Origin: Alkalilimnicola ehrlichii MLHE-1
GTDB taxonomy: Bacteria; Pseudomonadota; Gammaproteobacteria; Nitrococcales; Halorhodospiraceae
Direction: 5' to 3'
DNA: 32,000 nucleotides
NCBI RefSeq assembly: GCF_000014785.1
Contig: NC_008340.1
Span: 2,940,001 to 2,972,000 of the forward strand
The notes beneath the pieces were generated by a model. The model did not search any database. It was not told where the DNA came from and saw only the letters and a program-made list of their open reading frames with translations. Position 1 is the first letter of the stretch; the number at the start of each line of letters is the position of its first letter. This document shows positions 21,948-32,000 of the stretch, piece by piece. The translations under genes were made by a program, and so were the position numbers.

Positions 21948-22554
21948 CGGTTAGCTCACCTGCCTGATTCGGGCGATTGCGGGTGGACAGGTCGCACGCT
22001 CCCCTCGCGCGCGCCCGTAGCCGGGACGTACCGCAAGGGTCGGCGAACCTGAGAGAAAATCAAGAACCGAAGGGAACCGGACAGGGGCACGGCGAGACAG
22101 GCACATTGGCGACGCGACCACCCCCGCCTCCATGATCACGCCCTCTCCCGCGGCACATCGCAGGGCAGGGAACGGGCGATGACCCAGGCCAGCAGGGGAC
22201 AAAGACCCTGGGGGGTAGCCCCGTGGGGAGGGGGAAACGGCGTCGGTGTGGCGGTCTCTTGCTGCATCTCGGGTGCGGATGCCTCCAGACGTGGGCGCCG
22301 GTCTGTCGCGGGCGCCACGTTCTTCTCCTCGTTTACCCATCCGGATTATGTTCTGGCAATGATGTGTTCCGGCCACGCCGGCCTTGGCGGAAAACCGCCA
22401 GGATGAGCGCTGCCGGACAACATTTAAATTAATTGTAGGCCGCATCGGCAACGACTGCCGGCGGCTGCCAGAACGCTGTTGTTATGCGCTATAAAATAAC
22501 CCGTAAGGGCCCGTTCGCGCAAGGTGCTGCCGCAGTGCAGCAACCGCCAGACCG

Positions 22555-23343
22555 CTAGTCCACCCGCTCCTCGGGGGTTGCAGTCCGCCGCGCCAGGAGG
22601 ATCCCCAACTCGTAAAGCAGGTAGACGGGGACCGCCAGCAGCACTTGCGAGATCACGTCCGGCGGGGTCAACAGCATGCCCAGGACGAAGGCCCCGACGA
22701 TAACATAGGGCCGCTTGGCTGCCAGCGCCTCCCGCGTGGTGGCCCCGGTGCGCACCATCAGGATGGTGGCCACCGGCACCTGGAACGCCACACCAAAGGC
22801 AAAAAAGAGGGTAAGCACGAAGGACAGATATTCGCTGATATCCGTCATCATCGACACCCCTTCGGGGGTTGTGGCCGCGAAGAAGGAAAAGGCCAGCGGA
22901 AACACCACAAAGTAGGCAAACGCCGCACCCCCGTAGAACAGGAAGGTGCTGGCCACCACCAGCGGCCCCACCAGGCGGCGCTCATGCCGGTAGAGGCCGG
23001 GGGCCACAAAGGCCCAGGCCTGGTAGAGGGTATAGGGGATGGTGAGGAAGATGGCCGCCACCAGGGCCAGCTTCATCGGGATCAGGAAGGGCGAGGCCAC
23101 CTTGATGGCGATCATCGAGGTGCCCTCCGGCAGCACCGCCCGCAGCGGTCCGGAGACAAACTGGTAGATCTCGTCGGCAAAGGGATAGAGCGCCAGAAAG
23201 GCGACCAGGATCACCACCACCGCGCGGAACAGTCGGCTGCGCAACTCCAGCAGGTGGCTCAGCAGCGGCTGGTCCTCCAAGGCCTCCTGGTTGGAATCCC
23301 GTTGCTGGTCGTCGCGATCCCGGTCCGGGGAACGGTCACTCAC
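22555..23343 (-). CDS. tatC: Sec-independent protein translocase TatC
   Basis: LLSHLLELRSRLFRAVV N-terminal motif and multi-TM layout; adjacent to tatB and tatA. Confidence 0.97.
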   Translation of the reverse strand: MSDRSPDRDRDDQQRDSNQEALEDQPLLSHLLELRSRLFRAVVVILVAFLALYPFADEIYQFVSGPLRAVLPEGTSMIAIKVASPFLIPMKLALVAAIFLTIPYTLYQAWAFVAPGLYRHERRLVGPLVVASTFLFYGGAAFAYFVVFPLAFSFFAATTPEGVSMMTDISEYLSFVLTLFFAFGVAFQVPVATILMVRTGATTREALAAKRPYVIVGAFVLGMLLTPPDVISQVLLAVPVYLLYELGILLARRTATPEERVD

Positions 23344-23879
23344 TGACGCTTCTCCTCACCACCACCGCCCTGCCCTTTGCGGGCCGTGTCCTCGCTCTGC
23401 TGCGCCGGCGCGGCCTCGGCTGGCTCACCGCGCTCACCCGCAGCCGTCCGCCCGCCGCCGGCCGGCGGCTGGTCGCTGCCCCGCTGGTCGGTCAGGCCGG
23501 ACGGGTCGCCGGCGCCCGCTGAGCGGGCGTCATCGCCCCCGGCCCCGGAGGCTGCTCCCTTCGCCGCATCATCCGCCTGCCGGCCGACGTCGCGGAAGGT
23601 CTTGCCGACGCCATCGGCCTCCGCCTCGAAGCGTCGGGCGTTCTTCTCCACGTCCTTGCGCACCTTGTCCACATCCTTGCGCACCGACTCGGTGGCCTTG
23701 CGCATCTCCTCGACCTGCAATTCGCGCTCCACCTCCGACTTCGCCGCGTTGAAGGCCGCGCGGGCCTTGCCCATGTAGAGCCCGGCCATGCGCACGGCCC
23801 GCGCCATCCGCTCCGGTCCGAGGATCAGCAGGCCGATGAGCATGATGATGAGGACCTCCCAGAAACCAAGGTCAAACAT
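23340..23879 (-). CDS. tatB: Sec-independent protein translocase TatB
   Basis: MFDLGFWEVLIIMLIGLLILGPERM; ATGA overlap with tatC. Confidence 0.95.
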   Translation of the reverse strand: MFDLGFWEVLIIMLIGLLILGPERMARAVRMAGLYMGKARAAFNAAKSEVERELQVEEMRKATESVRKDVDKVRKDVEKNARRFEAEADGVGKTFRDVGRQADDAAKGAASGAGGDDARSAGAGDPSGLTDQRGSDQPPAGGGRTAAGERGEPAEAAPAQQSEDTARKGQGGGGEEKRQ

Positions 23880-23908
23880 GGGCGGCGTCCTCGCTCAGCG
23901 GCGTCGGT

Positions 23909-24181
23909 TCAGGAGGAGTGACGATCGCGGGGCTGCTCGCTACGCTCACCCTCGATGGTGTGGCCCTCGCCGGATTCCTTTTCCTCCTCCGGCGGCTGCT
24001 CCAGCTTGGAGGGTTCGGACTTCTCCCCCTCCTTGGCGCCTTCCTCGCCCTCCTTCATGGCGTCCTTGAAGCCCTTGATGGCACCGCCCATGTCGGTGCC
24101 CATGTTGCGCAGCTTCTTGGTGCCGAACACCAGCAGCACGATCAGCAAAACAATCAGCAAGGTCCAGGGGCTGATACCCAT
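23909..24181 (-). CDS. tatA: Sec-independent protein translocase TatA
   Basis: [46 protein letters not shown]. Confidence 0.96.
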   Translation of the reverse strand: MGISPWTLLIVLLIVLLVFGTKKLRNMGTDMGGAIKGFKDAMKEGEEGAKEGEKSEPSKLEQPPEEEKESGEGHTIEGERSEQPRDRHSS

Positions 24182-24214
24182 AATAAACTCCTCCGGGGCC
24201 CGGGGCCCGCTCTA

Positions 24215-24544
24215 CTACTGCCCGTTACGGGCCGCTTTTTCGTCGATGCCGGACAACCCGAATCGACGCTCAAGTTCCGCCAGCACGTCGTCCGGCCCGG
24301 CATCACAGGCCGACAACATGATTAGGCTATGGAACCACAGATCGGCGGTTTCATAAATGACCTGTGAACGATCCCCCCCCTTGGCCGCCACCACCGCCTC
24401 GGTGGCCTCCTCGCCGACCTTCTTGAGGATGGCGTCCAGCCCCTTGTGGTGCAGCTTCGCCACATAGGAGGTGGCCGGGTCCGCCTGCCGGCGCTCTTCC
24501 AGCACCTCGGCCAGGGCCTTGAGGATATCGCGTTGTTCACTCAT
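24215..24544 (-). CDS. hisE: Phosphoribosyl-ATP diphosphatase; ORF track reports a spuriously extended 24215..24967
   Basis: [55 protein letters not shown]...[19 protein letters not shown] overlaps the hisF stop (ATGA). Confidence 0.96.
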   Translation of the reverse strand: MSEQRDILKALAEVLEERRQADPATSYVAKLHHKGLDAILKKVGEEATEAVVAAKGGDRSQVIYETADLWFHSLIMLSACDAGPDDVLAELERRFGLSGIDEKAARNGQ

Positions 24545-25338
24545 ACGTCGGTCCGCTCGTCGCCGGTGATGCGCACCGTGATGCCGCGCTCGGCCATCAG
24601 CCGCTTGGCCTCGGCCACGGTGTAGCGCCCGAAATGGAAGATGCTGGCGGCCAGTACCGCGTCGGCCCCCCCCTCCAGGACGCCGTCGGCCAGGTCCGAC
24701 AGGGTGCCGACACCGCCGGAGGCGATCACCGGCACCGGCACAGCGTCGCTCACCGCCCGGGTCAGCGCCAGGTCGAACCCGGCCTGGGTGCCATCCCGGT
24801 CCATGCTGGTGAGCAGGATCTCGCCCGCACCCAGTTCGGCCATGCGGCCCGCCCACTCGACCGCATCCAGACCGGTCGCCTTGCGACCACCGTGGGTGAA
24901 CACCTCCCAGCGCGCCGGCTCGTCCGCCCGGCTGACCTGCTTGGCGTCCACCGCCACCACGATGCACTGGGAACCGAAGCGCTCGGCGGCCTCGGCCACG
25001 AACTCGGGCCGGGCCACCGCGGCGGTGTTGATGCCGACCTTGTCGGCACCGGCATTGAGCATGCGGCGGATGTCCGCCACCTCGCGGATCCCACCACCCA
25101 CCGTGAGCGGGATGAAGACCTGGCTGGCCACCTTCTCCACCACCTGCACCATGGTATCGCGCCGCTCGTGGCTAGCGGTAATGTCCAGGAAGGTGATCTC
25201 GTCGGCGCCCATGGCGTCGTACCGCCGGGCGATCTCCACCGGGTCGCCGGCATCGCGGATGTCCACGAACTTGACGCCCTTGACCACCCGGCCGCCGTCC
25301 ACGTCCAGACAGGGGATAATGCGCTTGGCGACGGTCAC
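24541..25338 (-). CDS. hisF: Imidazole glycerol phosphate synthase subunit HisF
   Basis: [56 protein letters not shown]. Confidence 0.98.
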   Translation of the reverse strand: MTVAKRIIPCLDVDGGRVVKGVKFVDIRDAGDPVEIARRYDAMGADEITFLDITASHERRDTMVQVVEKVASQVFIPLTVGGGIREVADIRRMLNAGADKVGINTAAVARPEFVAEAAERFGSQCIVVAVDAKQVSRADEPARWEVFTHGGRKATGLDAVEWAGRMAELGAGEILLTSMDRDGTQAGFDLALTRAVSDAVPVPVIASGGVGTLSDLADGVLEGGADAVLAASIFHFGRYTVAEAKRLMAERGITVRITGDERTDV

Positions 25339-26081
25339 GGCTTCACCCCGCAGAGCTCGTCGGCCAACCCCTGGGCCTCGGCCAGATCCAGGCTGCCCTC
25401 GTAGAGCGCCCGGCCGACAATGGCCCCGCTGATGCCGTCACCGGCGGCGGCACACAGCGCGCGCACATCCTCCAGGCTGGACACGCCTCCGGAGGCGATC
25501 ACCGGGATGGTGATGGCGCGGGCCAGCTCACGGGTGGCCTCGATATTCACCCCTTTCATCATGCCGTCACGGCCGATGTCGGTGAAGACAATGGCATTGA
25601 CCCCGGCGGCCTCGAACCGGCGGGCCAGGTCCACCGCTCGCACCTCGGAGACCTGCTCCCAGCCGTCGGTGGCCACCCGGCCGTCACGGGCGTCCAGGCC
25701 GACGATGATATGCCCGGGGAAGGCCTGACAGGCCTCGGTGACGAACTCCGGCCGGCGCACCGCCTGGGTGCCGATGATCAGATCATCCACCCCGGCCTCG
25801 CGGTAGCCGCGGATGGTGTCCAGGTCACGGATGCCGCCGCCCACCTGGATGCGCAGGTCAGGATAGCGGGTGGCGATGCGGTGGATGATCTCGGCATTGA
25901 CCGGCTTGCCGGCGACCGCACCGTTGAGATCCACCAGGTGCAGGCGCCGGGTACCGGCGGCCACCCAGCGACCGGCCATGGCAACGGGGTCGTCGGAGAA
26001 GACCGTCTCATCGTCCATGCGCCCCTGGCGCAGGCGGACGCAGCGGCCGTCCTTGAGATCGATGGCGGGTATCAGCTGCAT
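25335..26081 (-). CDS. hisA: ProFAR isomerase HisA; preferred start [12 protein letters not shown] at 26081 (ORF to 26105)
   Basis: [32 protein letters not shown]. Confidence 0.97.
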   Translation of the reverse strand: MQLIPAIDLKDGRCVRLRQGRMDDETVFSDDPVAMAGRWVAAGTRRLHLVDLNGAVAGKPVNAEIIHRIATRYPDLRIQVGGGIRDLDTIRGYREAGVDDLIIGTQAVRRPEFVTEACQAFPGHIIVGLDARDGRVATDGWEQVSEVRAVDLARRFEAAGVNAIVFTDIGRDGMMKGVNIEATRELARAITIPVIASGGVSSLEDVRALCAAAGDGISGAIVGRALYEGSLDLAEAQGLADELCGVKP

Positions 26082-26097
26082 GGCATCACTCATCCGT

Positions 26098-26742
26098 TTA
26101 CTCACTGCCGTCCCAGCGCAGGAAGTTGCCCAGCAGTATCAGGCCCGGGCGCTGGCTCTTCTCCGGGTGGAACTGGGTGGCGAAGACATTGCCGCGGGCG
26201 AGGGCGCTGGCAAATGTCAACCCGTACTCGGTTTGCCCGGCCACCCACTTATCCCGCTCCGGCGCCACGTAATAGCTGTGCACGAAGTAAAACCAGCTGC
26301 GGTCGGGGATGTCCGCCCACAGTGGATGGTCCTGCACCTGGTGCACCTGATTCCACCCCATGTGCGGCACCTTCAGCCGGCGGCCCTCCGGGTCCTGCCG
26401 ATCGGCGGGGAAACGGCGCACCTCACCGGGCAGGATATCCAGCGCCTCGGTGCCTGCGTTCTCCTCGCTGCGGCTCAGCAGCGCCTGCATGCCCAGGCAG
26501 ACCCCCAGGAAGGGTTTGCTCCGGGCCGACTCGCGCAGCACCTCCACCAACTCGAGGCGCTGCAGCTCGCTCATACAGTCACGGATGGCCCCCACCCCCG
26601 GGAAGACCACCCGTTCCGCCCGGCGCACCTCGTCAGCGTCGGAGGTGATGCGCACCCGGCCGCTGCCGCCGGCAGACTCCAGGGCGCGCGAGACCGAACG
26701 CAGGTTGCCCATGCCGTAGTCCACCACTGCCACCAGGCCCAT
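26098..26742 (-). CDS. hisH: Imidazole glycerol phosphate synthase subunit HisH
   Basis: [54 protein letters not shown]. Confidence 0.98.
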   Translation of the reverse strand: MGLVAVVDYGMGNLRSVSRALESAGGSGRVRITSDADEVRRAERVVFPGVGAIRDCMSELQRLELVEVLRESARSKPFLGVCLGMQALLSRSEENAGTEALDILPGEVRRFPADRQDPEGRRLKVPHMGWNQVHQVQDHPLWADIPDRSWFYFVHSYYVAPERDKWVAGQTEYGLTFASALARGNVFATQFHPEKSQRPGLILLGNFLRWDGSE

Positions 26743-27335
26743 TACAGCGCCCCCTTTGTAGAGGGAATGCGGTCGGCCTGGCGCGGGTCGGCTTCGGCGG
26801 CCATTCGCAGCGCCCGGCCCAGCGCCTTGAACACCGTCTCTGCCTGATGGTGGGCGTTGATGCCCCGCAGGTTGTCCACGTGCAGGGTCAACGCGGCGTG
26901 ATTGACCAGACCCTGGAAGAATTCCTGGAACAGGTCCACGTCGAACTGGCCGATGCGGGCGCGTACGAAATCCACGTGGAACTGCAGCCCGGGGCGGCCG
27001 GAGAAGTCCACTACCACCCGCGAGAGGGCCTCGTCCAGCGGCACATAGGCGTGGCCATACCGGCGAATGCCCTTCTTGTCACCGAGGGCCTGGGCCAAGG
27101 CCTGGCCCAAGGTAATGCCGACGTCCTCCACCGTGTGGTGGTCGTCGATATGGGTGTCGCCGTCGGCCTCGATATCCAGGTCGATCAGGCCGTGGCGGGC
27201 CACTTGGTCGAGCATGTGCTCCATAAAGGGCACGCCGATGCGAATACGGGATTCGCCGGTGCCGTCCAGGTCCAGCCGCACCTTCACCCGCGTTTCCAGG
27301 GTGTCGCGCTGCACCTCGGCGCTGCGATTCATCAT
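26742..27335 (-). CDS. hisB: Imidazoleglycerol-phosphate dehydratase; preferred start near 27335/27332 (ORF to 27440)
   Basis: [47 protein letters not shown]. Confidence 0.97.
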   Translation of the reverse strand: MMNRSAEVQRDTLETRVKVRLDLDGTGESRIRIGVPFMEHMLDQVARHGLIDLDIEADGDTHIDDHHTVEDVGITLGQALAQALGDKKGIRRYGHAYVPLDEALSRVVVDFSGRPGLQFHVDFVRARIGQFDVDLFQEFFQGLVNHAALTLHVDNLRGINAHHQAETVFKALGRALRMAAEADPRQADRIPSTKGAL

Positions 27336-27461
27336 GATGGGGTGCTCACCTGTGAAAGGGTCATGCCAGAGGGCGTTTTCACGATTGCGACCGCCGAGCA
27401 TACCACAACCGGCGGCTGCGGCCCGCCTTCCGCCAGCCACGACGGTGATGGCGGATCCGGC

Positions 27462-27914
27462 TCAGGCCGCTGACGGCCGGGCCTCCAGCCAGAAGGTCAC
27501 CGGGCCGTCGTTAATCAGGTGCACCTGCATGTCGGCAGCAAACCGGCCCGCCTCCACCGGCACCCCGCTCTCCCGCGCCAGCCCCAGCAGCCGATGGAAC
27601 AGCGCCTCGCCCCGCTCCGGTGACGCCGCCGGGGCAAAGCTGGCCCGCATGCCCTTGCGGGTGTCCGCGGCCAGGGTGAACTGCGGCACCAACAACAGGC
27701 CGCCCCCGATGTCGCGGACCGAGCGGTTCATCCGACCCGCCTCATCCGGAAACACCCGGTAACCCAGGATGCGCTCCAGCAGGCGACGGGCCTGCGGCTC
27801 ATCATCATCACGCTGCACCCCGATCAGCGCCAGTAGTCCGCGCCCGGTGCGCCCGACCACCACGCCATCCACCTCAACCCGGGCCTCCCTGACCCGCTGA
27901 ATGAGTCCGATCAT
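27462..27914 (-). CDS. dtd: D-aminoacyl-tRNA deacylase; preferred start MIGLIQRVREARVEVDG at 27914
   Basis: GLIQRVREARVEVDG, RILGYRVFPDEAGRMNRSVRDIGGGLLLVPQFTLAADTRKGMRASF. Confidence 0.96.
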   Translation of the reverse strand: MIGLIQRVREARVEVDGVVVGRTGRGLLALIGVQRDDDEPQARRLLERILGYRVFPDEAGRMNRSVRDIGGGLLLVPQFTLAADTRKGMRASFAPAASPERGEALFHRLLGLARESGVPVEAGRFAADMQVHLINDGPVTFWLEARPSAA

Positions 27915-27958
27915 GACTGACGTCTGTCTCCTGAATCGCTCGACGGTCCCCCTACGCA

Positions 27959-27988
27959 ACGGGCCGTCTCCACTGGGAGACGGCCCGT
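27959..27988. terminator. Strong hairpin between dtd and the PhaE-like gene, possible terminator lacking a U-tract
   Basis: ACGGGCCGTCTCC-actg-GGAGACGGCCCGT, perfect 13-bp stem. Confidence 0.65.
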
Positions 27989-28046
27989 CAACTCAGCCGG
28001 ACTGCCCCGGGGGGCCATCTAACCGCCCCTCCGGGACACACGCCGG

Positions 28047-28604
28047 TCAGCGCTTGCTGCGGCTGCCGCCCTTGGGCGGCGCCTTAGTCGCTTTGCTACT
28101 CTCGACACCGGTTTCGGCACCCATCTGGGTGGCGGTCTTGGACAGCTCGGTCAGGGCGTCCTGGGCCCGTTGGGTGGCCTCCTGCCAGGCCTGCAACACC
28201 CGCCGGCCTTCCTCATCCCAGTTGCCGCCCATGTTCGAGGGGTCGACACTACGGGCACTTTCAAACCAGGCATTCCAGAGCTGGCCCTGGGCCTCGGTCC
28301 AGGCCTTCATCATCTCCTGCACCTGCTGCACCCACTGGGAGACCGCCTCCGGGGTCTGACCGTCCTTCTCCAGCGCCTCGGCCCAGTGCCGGCTCCACTG
28401 GCTCTGCGCCTCCAGGGCATCGCGGACCGCCTGCTCCCAGGCCTCCAGATTCCGCTGGTATTCCCGCTGCACGGTTTCCATACCCTCCGCGGAACCACCG
28501 GGTGCACCCATCCCCTTCATGGCCTGCAGCCAGCTGTCCCACATCTGCTGCTGCATGCTGGTCCAGTTCTGGACCATGTCTTCCATCTGCTTATTCCAGC
28601 TCAT
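28047..28604 (-). CDS. Trp/Gln/Met-rich helical protein, PhaE-like (PHA synthase class III subunit E-like) or phasin-like, 185 aa
   Basis: MSWNKQMEDMVQNWTSMQQQMWDSWLQAMKG...QSQWSRHWAEALEKDG...VSQWVQQVQEMMKAWTEAQGQLWNAWFESA; 13 Trp in 185 aa. Strong RBS-like GAAGGAG upstream. Family call by pattern only. Confidence 0.55.
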   Translation of the reverse strand: MSWNKQMEDMVQNWTSMQQQMWDSWLQAMKGMGAPGGSAEGMETVQREYQRNLEAWEQAVRDALEAQSQWSRHWAEALEKDGQTPEAVSQWVQQVQEMMKAWTEAQGQLWNAWFESARSVDPSNMGGNWDEEGRRVLQAWQEATQRAQDALTELSKTATQMGAETGVESSKATKAPPKGGSRSKR

Positions 28605-28739
28605 TATCGGTGACTCCTTCAGTTGCCGTCGGGCTGAATCGGCGCGTGCTCGCCCAAGTACCGCACGTCCTCCCGGGAAAGTCTAACGCCTGAAGGCCAT
28701 TCCGCCAGACTTGCAAGCACGCTGCAGTCCGGGTTAGCT

Positions 28740-29666
28740 ATGCCACCGTCGCCCGACGCCGTGAATGCCATGAACCGATCAACCCTGCTGCACCTGCTGC
28801 TCACCGCCCTGTCGCTGCTCCCGCTTGCGGTCATGCACCGCCTGGGTGCGGCCCTGGGCCCGTGGCTGACCCGCCCGGGCAGTCGCTCCGGCGATGTGCT
28901 CCGGCGCAACCTCGCGATCTGCTTTCCGGACCTGCCCGAGGCCGAACGCGCCACCCTGACCCACGCCGCCCAGCGGGAGTTCGGCCGCCAGGTGCTGGAG
29001 GTGCCGGCACTGTTCCGCCGCCCGGTGGCCGAGCTCCTAAGCCGGGTCGAACGGGTAGAGGGGGCCGAGGTGCTGGACGCCGCCTACCGCCGCGGCCGCG
29101 GGGTGATCATCGCGGCCCCGCACCTGGGGTCATGGGAGTTGCTCAATCTCTGGGTGGCGCGCCACTACCCGTTGCACTTCCTTTACCGGCCCCCGCGACA
29201 GCCGGCCCTGGAGCCGATCATGGTGGCCGCCCGCAACCGCGGGGGCGGCCGGGCCCTGCCCGCCAACACCGCCGGCCTGCGCGCACTGTACAAGGCGCTG
29301 CGCGCCGGCGACGTGGTGGGCATCCTGCCGGACCAGGAACCGCCCGAGGAGGAGGGCCGCTTCGCCCCCTTCTTCGGCCGCCCGGCACTGACCATGGACC
29401 TGCCGGTGAAGCTGGCGGCCCGGCAGCGGGCCCCGGTTGTGTTCGGCTATGCCCGCAGGCTGGCACGCGGCGGGCGTTGGGTGATCCGCTTCCGGCCCGC
29501 GCCGGCGGCCATTCACGCCAGCGATGCGGCGGAGGCGCTGGCGGCCCTGAACGAGGGGGTCGAGGCCTGCGTGCGCGAGGTGCCCGAGCAGTACCTCTGG
29601 GCCTACAAGCGCTTCGCCCACGCACCGCCCGGCTGGGCGCGCGCCTACCCCAGGCGCCGGCGCTGA
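28740..29666 (+). CDS. LpxL/HtrB-family lysophospholipid/lipid A acyltransferase; start may be the internal ATG at 28770
   Basis: HLGSWELLNLW (HX4E), LYRPPRQPALEPIM, GILPDQEPPEEEGRFAPFFGRPALT. Confidence 0.88.
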   Translation: MPPSPDAVNAMNRSTLLHLLLTALSLLPLAVMHRLGAALGPWLTRPGSRSGDVLRRNLAICFPDLPEAERATLTHAAQREFGRQVLEVPALFRRPVAELLSRVERVEGAEVLDAAYRRGRGVIIAAPHLGSWELLNLWVARHYPLHFLYRPPRQPALEPIMVAARNRGGGRALPANTAGLRALYKALRAGDVVGILPDQEPPEEEGRFAPFFGRPALTMDLPVKLAARQRAPVVFGYARRLARGGRWVIRFRPAPAAIHASDAAEALAALNEGVEACVREVPEQYLWAYKRFAHAPPGWARAYPRRRR

Positions 29667-29682
29667 GATACCCGGTCGCCGG

Positions 29683-30006
29683 CTAGGCGCCGCGTTGCCG
29701 CTCCAGCCGCCCGAGGAAGACGCGCATCTCCTTGACCGCCTGCTTGTCGCCCTGACCCTCCGCCACGTCGATGCCACGCCGGTAAGCGGTGATCGCCTCA
29801 TCCAGGCGCCCGTCCTCGGCCAGTGCGGCGGCGTACACCTTCCAGGCCGCCGAGTAGTGCTCGTCCTGCTCCAGCGCTGCCTCCAGGTGGGCAATGGCGC
29901 GCCCCGGCTCGCGCTGCTTGAGATACCCCGACCCCAGGCTCAGGCGCAGCATGGGGCTGTCGCGGCCGGTGGCCAGCATCTTCTCCAGGTTATCCAGCAT
30001 GCTCAT
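29683..30006 (-). CDS. Small tetratricopeptide-repeat protein
   Basis: PMLRLSLGSGYLKQREPGRAIAHLEAALEQDEHYSAAWKVYAAALAEDGRLDEAITAYRRGIDVAE: two TPR-like repeats. Confidence 0.8.
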   Translation of the reverse strand: MSMLDNLEKMLATGRDSPMLRLSLGSGYLKQREPGRAIAHLEAALEQDEHYSAAWKVYAAALAEDGRLDEAITAYRRGIDVAEGQGDKQAVKEMRVFLGRLERQRGA

Positions 30007-30040
30007 CGCGTCTCCCAGGGTCTGCTTGGTACGGGCGAAC

Positions 30041-31417
30041 TCAGAGGAAGGTCACACCGACCGAGAACAGGCGCTCCACCTCCGGCACACGCTTCTTGTC
30101 CACCAAGAAGAGTATGACGTGATCCTCGGGCTCGATGACCAGGTCGTGGTGCGCCATCAGCACCTCATCGCCCCGGACCACCGCGCCGATGGTGGTGCCC
30201 GGCGGCAGGCGGATCTCGTCGATGGCCCGGCCGATGACCCGCGAACTGGCCGGGGTGCCGTGGGCCACCGCCTCCATGGCCTCGGCCGCACCGCGCCGCA
30301 GGGAGTGCACATTGGCCATATCACCCCGGCGGATGTGCGCCAGCAGGCTGCCGATGGTGGCCTGCTGCGGCGACACGGCGATGTCGATATCCTCGCTGGA
30401 CTGGATCAGCTCCACGTAGGCGGCCCGGTTGATCAGCGCCATCACCTGGCGGGCGCCCAGGCGCTTGGCCAGCATGGCGGACAGGATGTTGGCCTCATCG
30501 TCGTTGGTCACCGCGCAGAAGACATCGGTGTTCTCGATGTTCTCCTCCAGCAGCAGCTCCTCATCGGCGGCGTCGCCCAGCAGCACGATGGCGCGCTTGA
30601 GCTCCTCGGAGATCTCCCGGGCTCGCTCCGGTGAGTGCTCGATGAGCTTGACCTGGTAGCGACGCTCCAGGGCCTGGGCCAAGCGCTTGCCGATGTTGCC
30701 ACCGCCGGCGATGGTGAGCCGCTTCACCGGCTTTTCCAGCCGGCGCAGCTCACTCATGACCGCACGGATATCCTTCTTCGCGGCAATGAAAAAGACCTCG
30801 TCACCGGCCTCGATCACCGTGTCACCCTCAGGCAGGATGGGCTTGCCCCGGCGGAAGATGGCGGCCACCCGGGTGGGCGTGCCCGGCATGTGCTCGCGCA
30901 GGGTCGAGAGCTCATGTCCCACCAGCGGCCCGCCGTAATAGGCCCGCACGCAGACCAGTCGTACCCGGCCCTGGGCGAAATCCAGCACCTGTAGCGCCCC
31001 GGGGTGCTCAACCAGCCGCTGCACGTAGTCGGTGACCAGCTGTTCGGGGCTGATGATGACATCGATGGGCAGCGCGTCGGGGCTGAACAGCTGTGGATAG
31101 GTCAAATACTCCACCGCCCGGACGCGGGCGATCTTGGTGGGGGTATGGAACAGGGTGTAGGCCACCTGACAGGCGGTCATGTTGGCCTCATCCGAGTTGG
31201 TCACCGCCAGGATCATGTCCGCGTCCGGGGCACCGGCCCGTTCCAGCACCTCGGGGTAGGTGCCACTGCCGTGGACCGTACGGATATCGAGACGGTCCTG
31301 CAGATCCTGCAGCACCCCCACGCGGGTATCGACCACGGTGATGTCGTTGGCCTCGCTGGAGAGGTTCTCGGCCACGGTGCTGCCCACCTGACCGGCGCCG
31401 AGGATGATGATCTTCAT
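30041..31417 (-). CDS. trkA: Trk system potassium transport NAD-binding protein TrkA
   Basis: [30 protein letters not shown] and second RCK domain [19 protein letters not shown]. Confidence 0.97.
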   Translation of the reverse strand: MKIIILGAGQVGSTVAENLSSEANDITVVDTRVGVLQDLQDRLDIRTVHGSGTYPEVLERAGAPDADMILAVTNSDEANMTACQVAYTLFHTPTKIARVRAVEYLTYPQLFSPDALPIDVIISPEQLVTDYVQRLVEHPGALQVLDFAQGRVRLVCVRAYYGGPLVGHELSTLREHMPGTPTRVAAIFRRGKPILPEGDTVIEAGDEVFFIAAKKDIRAVMSELRRLEKPVKRLTIAGGGNIGKRLAQALERRYQVKLIEHSPERAREISEELKRAIVLLGDAADEELLLEENIENTDVFCAVTNDDEANILSAMLAKRLGARQVMALINRAAYVELIQSSEDIDIAVSPQQATIGSLLAHIRRGDMANVHSLRRGAAEAMEAVAHGTPASSRVIGRAIDEIRLPPGTTIGAVVRGDEVLMAHHDLVIEPEDHVILFLVDKKRVPEVERLFSVGVTFL

Positions 31418-31430
31418 ACCCGCTCCCTGC

Positions 31431-32000
31431 TCATGCGCTCTCCCTGGGATCGATACCCAGTGCCTTGAGTTTGCGGTAGAGGTGGGTGCGTTCCATGCCG
31501 GTCAACCGGGCCAGCTGGCCCACGCTGCCCTGGGCACGACGGAGCTGCTCCTGCAGGTAGCGCCGCTCGAACGCCTCCCGGGCCTCGCGCAGGGGCAACT
31601 CCAGGTGGAGATCGGCGGACAGCCCCCGGCCGGCGCCGGTGCCCTCGCGCGCCGCCTCCTCCAGCGCCGCCTCGACCTCGTCAACGTCGATCTTCTCGCC
31701 CTCGCCCATGATCAACAGGCGTTGCACCAGATTCTCCAGCTCCCGCACATTACCCGGCCAGCTATGATTGCGCAGGCGGTTCTGCGCCGCCAGCGTGAAC
31801 TCACGGTACTGCAGGCCGTCGCGCTCCACCAGCCGATTGACGTAGTACTGGAGCAGCTCGGGGACGTCCTCCACATGCTCCCGGAGCGCCGGCACCACCA
31901 GCGGCACCACGTCCAGATAGTAGTAGAAATCCTCCCGGAACCGACCGGCGCGCACGGCGTCCGCCAGCTCCACCCGGGTGCCTGCGATCAGGCGCACATC
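31431..32000 (-). CDS. ntrX: NtrX-like sigma54-dependent response regulator, C-terminal part, truncated at right edge
   Basis: [53 protein letters not shown], Fis-type [29 protein letters not shown]; adjacency to trkA. Confidence 0.85.
   Translation of the reverse strand, partial: DVRLIAGTRVELADAVRAGRFREDFYYYLDVVPLVVPALREHVEDVPELLQYYVNRLVERDGLQYREFTLAAQNRLRNHSWPGNVRELENLVQRLLIMGEGEKIDVDEVEAALEEAAREGTGAGRGLSADLHLELPLREAREAFERRYLQEQLRRAQGSVGQLARLTGMERTHLYRKLKALGIDPRESA

Noticed and set aside
22179-22432. Short overlapping ORFs between tatC and sucA
   Set aside because: Multiple overlapping small frames on both strands, no recognisable domain; more likely the sucA regulatory region.
23340-23879. 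Unusual long Gly/Ala/Glu-rich TatB C-terminus
   Set aside because: TatB C-termini are normally variable and disordered; not distinctive.
24215-24967. 250-aa minus-strand ORF as a single protein
   Set aside because: Only the last 109 aa (from [12 protein letters not shown] at 24544) are HisE; the upstream part is an out-of-frame reading of hisF.

Overview
This 32 kb window is GC-rich and looks gammaproteobacterial. It is dominated by core metabolism and housekeeping genes. I see no CRISPR array, phage, transposase, rRNA/tRNA or recognisable defence locus. Left to right: (i) a minus-strand, translationally coupled module of AcsA-type acyl-CoA ligase, a single-chain E1 alpha+beta 2-oxoacid dehydrogenase and an E2 lipoyl protein that runs off the left edge, with a striking (Lys-Pro)n/(Glu-Pro)n linker; (ii) a CPBP membrane protease convergent with a secreted SagB-type dehydrogenase; (iii) a phasin gene with a good sigma70 promoter, a PhaR-like box and a perfect terminator; (iv) a complete methylcitrate-cycle cluster prpB-prpC-acnD-prpF-prpD preceded by an AcuI/YhdH-like reductase, with spacers full of palindromic repeats; (v) sucA-sucB-lpd; (vi) hisB-H-A-F-E-tatA-B-C without hisI; (vii) dtd, a Trp-rich PhaE-like protein, an LpxL-type acyltransferase, a TPR protein, trkA and a partial ntrX-like regulator. 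The signals most worth follow-up are non-coding: a 27-bp core motif in three prp-cluster spacers, two copies sitting inside long (30- and 36-bp) near-perfect inverted repeats whose arm sequences differ between loci. Next are the unusual E1/E2/ligase module and the orphan PhaE-like protein. I did not find a clearly novel multi-gene system. All family calls come from reading motifs by eye; no database search was run.
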